Shown here piece after piece: positions 62,082 to 64,000 of a DNA stretch of 64,000 bases. The notes under the pieces are model-generated. The model saw nothing but the letters and a program-made list of their open reading frames with translations. It did not search any database and was not told the origin of the DNA. This DNA is from Phaeodactylibacter sp. (lineage in GTDB: Bacteria > Bacteroidota > Bacteroidia > Chitinophagales > Saprospiraceae). The stretch's first letter is position 1. Each line of letters begins with the position of its first letter. A program made the position numbers and the translations under genes. The stretch spans positions 72 to 64,071 of the forward strand of contig JAGFJE010000061.1 in assembly GCA_024103175.1 (NCBI GenBank), in the 5' to 3' direction.

Positions 62082-62981
62082 GTGCAGACAAAAGCGGTAG
62101 AACAAAGCATATGGGCCCTGGCCTTGCAGAAGGTACAGGATTACAAGATGCTGGTCAAGTTCAGGTTGACCCTGACGGTGGTTTTTTCCTCCGTGATGGC
62201 CTTCCTGATCGCGGTGAGCGGGCCGGTGAGCTGGGTTGCCGTTGCCATTCTGGCGGCGGGAGGCTTTCTGGTGACCGGCGCGGCGAATGCCCTGAACCAG
62301 GTTTTGGAGCGCGACTATGACAAGTTGATGAAGCGCACGGCGGGCCGGCCGCTGGCCGCCGGGCGGATGGGGACTTCCGAGGCGGTGATGGCGGCGGGTT
62401 TTATGAGCCTATTCGGTATCACGCTCCTGGCGCTTTTCAACCCCTGGGCTGCTTTTTTTGGCATGCTGGCCCTGGTGACCTACGCCTTTCTGTACACGCC
62501 GATGAAGCGCCTGAGCCCGTCGGCGGTGGCCATTGGCGCAGTACCGGGGGCGTTGCCGACGCTCATCGGCTGTGTGGCGGCGCAGGGGGAGCTCACTTTT
62601 CTGGGGCTCAGCCTTTTTGCGCTGCAGTTCCTCTGGCAGTTTCCCCATTTCTGGTCTATCGGCTGGCTGGGCTTTGAAGATTACTCCAAGGCCGGCTACA
62701 AGCTGATGCCCACCAACCGGAGGGGAGAATGCGACCGCCGGATCGGCCTGCAGGCTTTCCTGTATGCCATTTTTCTGGTACCGGTGGGCCTCATCCCCTT
62801 TATGCTGGGGGTGAGCGGTTGGGTTTCGGCAGCGGTAGTGGCGGCGCTCAGCCTGGGCTACGCTTACTTCGGCTGGAACTTTTACAAGGCGGGGAGCCGG
62901 AAATCGGCTTTACAGCTGATGTTTTTTTCCTTTGCCTATATACCAGTATCACTGGTGGTATTATTTGCAGATAAAATTTAG
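62082..62981 (+). CDS. ctaB: Protoheme IX farnesyltransferase (heme O synthase)
   Basis: NALNQVLERDYDKLMKRTAGRPLAAG and multiple TM segments. GTG start at 62082 is assumed because the conserved KVQDYKMLVKFRL lies upstream of the first ATG. Confidence 0.85.
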   Translation: MQTKAVEQSIWALALQKVQDYKMLVKFRLTLTVVFSSVMAFLIAVSGPVSWVAVAILAAGGFLVTGAANALNQVLERDYDKLMKRTAGRPLAAGRMGTSEAVMAAGFMSLFGITLLALFNPWAAFFGMLALVTYAFLYTPMKRLSPSAVAIGAVPGALPTLIGCVAAQGELTFLGLSLFALQFLWQFPHFWSIGWLGFEDYSKAGYKLMPTNRRGECDRRIGLQAFLYAIFLVPVGLIPFMLGVSGWVSAAVVAALSLGYAYFGWNFYKAGSRKSALQLMFFSFAYIPVSLVVLFADKI

Positions 62982-62989
62982 TTAAAAAT

Positions 62990-63568
62990 ATGAACGCGAC
63001 TTTGGCGACGACGGATTACAGAAGGAGCAGGATGCACCCCAAAAAGTTTGCGCTTCTGATAGCCTGCGCGAGCATTCTGATGATGTTCGCCGCTTTTACC
63101 AGCGCCTACATCGTGCGCCAGGCGGCGGGCAACTGGCTGGAGTTCAGGTTGCCGGACCTGTTCTACCTGAACACCGGCGTGATCCTGCTGAGCAGCCTGA
63201 GCCTGCACTCTTCCTACCTGGCATTCAAGCGGGGCAAAACCCTCATGTACAGGTTGTTCCTGGTAGGCGCCCTGATCCTGGGCCTTGCCTTTCTGGTGTT
63301 GCAGTACCAGGGCTGGCAGGCGCTGACGGCGATCGGCGTTGAGCTGACCACCAACCCTTCAGGGTCCTTTGTTTATGTGATCTCGGGAGTGCACGCAGCA
63401 CATATCCTGGGGGGCATCGCCGCCCTCCTGGTAGCTATTCTGCATGCTTTTGCGTTGCAGCACCGCGTAACGCCCGCACGGAAATTGCGCTTTGAGCTGA
63501 CGCTCATCTACTGGCATTTTGTCGATCTCCTGTGGGTATATCTTTTAGTGTTCTTCACTTTTTCGTAA
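62990..63568 (+). CDS. Heme-copper oxidase subunit III-family protein (short form)
   Basis: 192 aa, five TM segments. C-terminal YWHFVDLLWVYLLVFF signature. Confidence 0.75.
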   Translation: MNATLATTDYRRSRMHPKKFALLIACASILMMFAAFTSAYIVRQAAGNWLEFRLPDLFYLNTGVILLSSLSLHSSYLAFKRGKTLMYRLFLVGALILGLAFLVLQYQGWQALTAIGVELTTNPSGSFVYVISGVHAAHILGGIAALLVAILHAFALQHRVTPARKLRFELTLIYWHFVDLLWVYLLVFFTFS

Positions 63569-63597
63569 ACGTCTAATAACCAAACAAAAGATAACTG

Positions 63598-64000
63598 ATG
63601 GCGACGTCTGATACCGTTATTGAACAAAAAGAAGTGCAGAACCAGGCCGATGCCTGGTCGGGAGGGAAAGCGCCCTTCAAGGCGAGCTATGGCAAGCTGA
63701 TGATGTGGTACTTCCTTCTGTCGGATGCCTTTACCTTTGCCGGGTTCCTGATCGCTTACGGCGCTTTGCGCTTCAGCAGCCCGACCTGGCCGGTTCCGGA
63801 CTTTGTGTTTTCCACGGCGCCTTTTGGCGTACACCACGCCCCGCTGATCTTCGTGACCATCATGTCTTTCCTTCTCATCGTCAGCTCGGTGACCATGGTG
63901 CGCGCCGTGCAGGAAGGGCATAAGGAAAACAAGAACGGTGTGGTATTCTGGATGTTCATGACCATCCTGGGGGGCGCCGGCTTCCTCAGCTGCCAGGCCT
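63598..64000 (+). CDS. Cytochrome c oxidase subunit III-family protein, 3'-truncated by the window end
   Basis: My own translation from ATG 63598: MATSDTVIEQKEVQNQADAWSGGKAPFKASYGKLMMWYFLLSDAFTFAGFLIAYG...VFWMFMTILGGAGFLSCQA. It stays open to the window edge. It is not in the ORF track because no stop is reached. Confidence 0.7.
   Translation, partial: MATSDTVIEQKEVQNQADAWSGGKAPFKASYGKLMMWYFLLSDAFTFAGFLIAYGALRFSSPTWPVPDFVFSTAPFGVHHAPLIFVTIMSFLLIVSSVTMVRAVQEGHKENKNGVVFWMFMTILGGAGFLSCQA

Noticed and set aside
61875-62105. Small ORFs translating repeat arrays into HSFIHSF / NQPNQP / TVHRTR-type peptides (also 48986-49210, 28398-28658, 19625-19966, 19728-19994 and 19783-20181).
   Set aside because: Their reading frames exist only because tandem DNA words lack stops in one frame. 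They have no start context, and the periodic peptide sequence mirrors the DNA repeat.

Overview
64-kb window from a high-GC Bacteroidota-type chromosome. The lineage call is an inference from T9SS C-terminal sorting domains, a SusC/SusD pair, SprB repeats, DUF1573 and an ACIII plus aa3 oxidase operon; possibly Saprospiraceae or Chitinophagia-like. Gene content, left to right: (1) a methyltransferase, a RidA-family protein and an OmpA-family lipoprotein. (2) A minus-strand SusC/SusD pair followed by two large T9SS cargo proteins, one of 1989 aa with 15 SprB repeats. (3) A minus-strand cluster for the whole reductive pyrimidine degradation route: preA, preT, beta-ureidopropionase, dihydropyrimidinase, NCS1 permease, omega-aminotransferase and malonate/methylmalonate-semialdehyde dehydrogenase. 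(4) Assorted housekeeping genes: fused E1 dehydrogenase, yaaA, penicillin-acylase family, UbiD family, proline-racemase family, thyA and two Uma2 nucleases. (5) A plus-strand respiratory operon: actABCDEF, cytochrome oxidase II and I, heme O synthase and subunit III proteins. No rRNA, tRNA, CRISPR array, transposase or integrase was recognised. The main candidate for something new is a low-GC four-gene cassette at about 22431-25010, wedged inside the pyrimidine operon. It encodes a signal-peptide protein with a pre-toxin-TG-like segment and an unassignable C-terminal tip, then three mutually paralogous small proteins. A 50-nt duplicated junction has left a truncated copy, which fits a polymorphic toxin/poly-immunity locus. 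Second theme: almost every intergenic spacer carries its own array of short oligonucleotide words (7, 9, 16, 20 and about 34 nt). These are often arranged as opposed arrays able to form long imperfect hairpins, and some overlap stop codons. A 9-11-bp-arm palindrome (TTATTTAGA-N5-TCTAAATAA) is shared by the actA and coxB upstream regions. All coordinates and motifs were read by eye and no searches were run.
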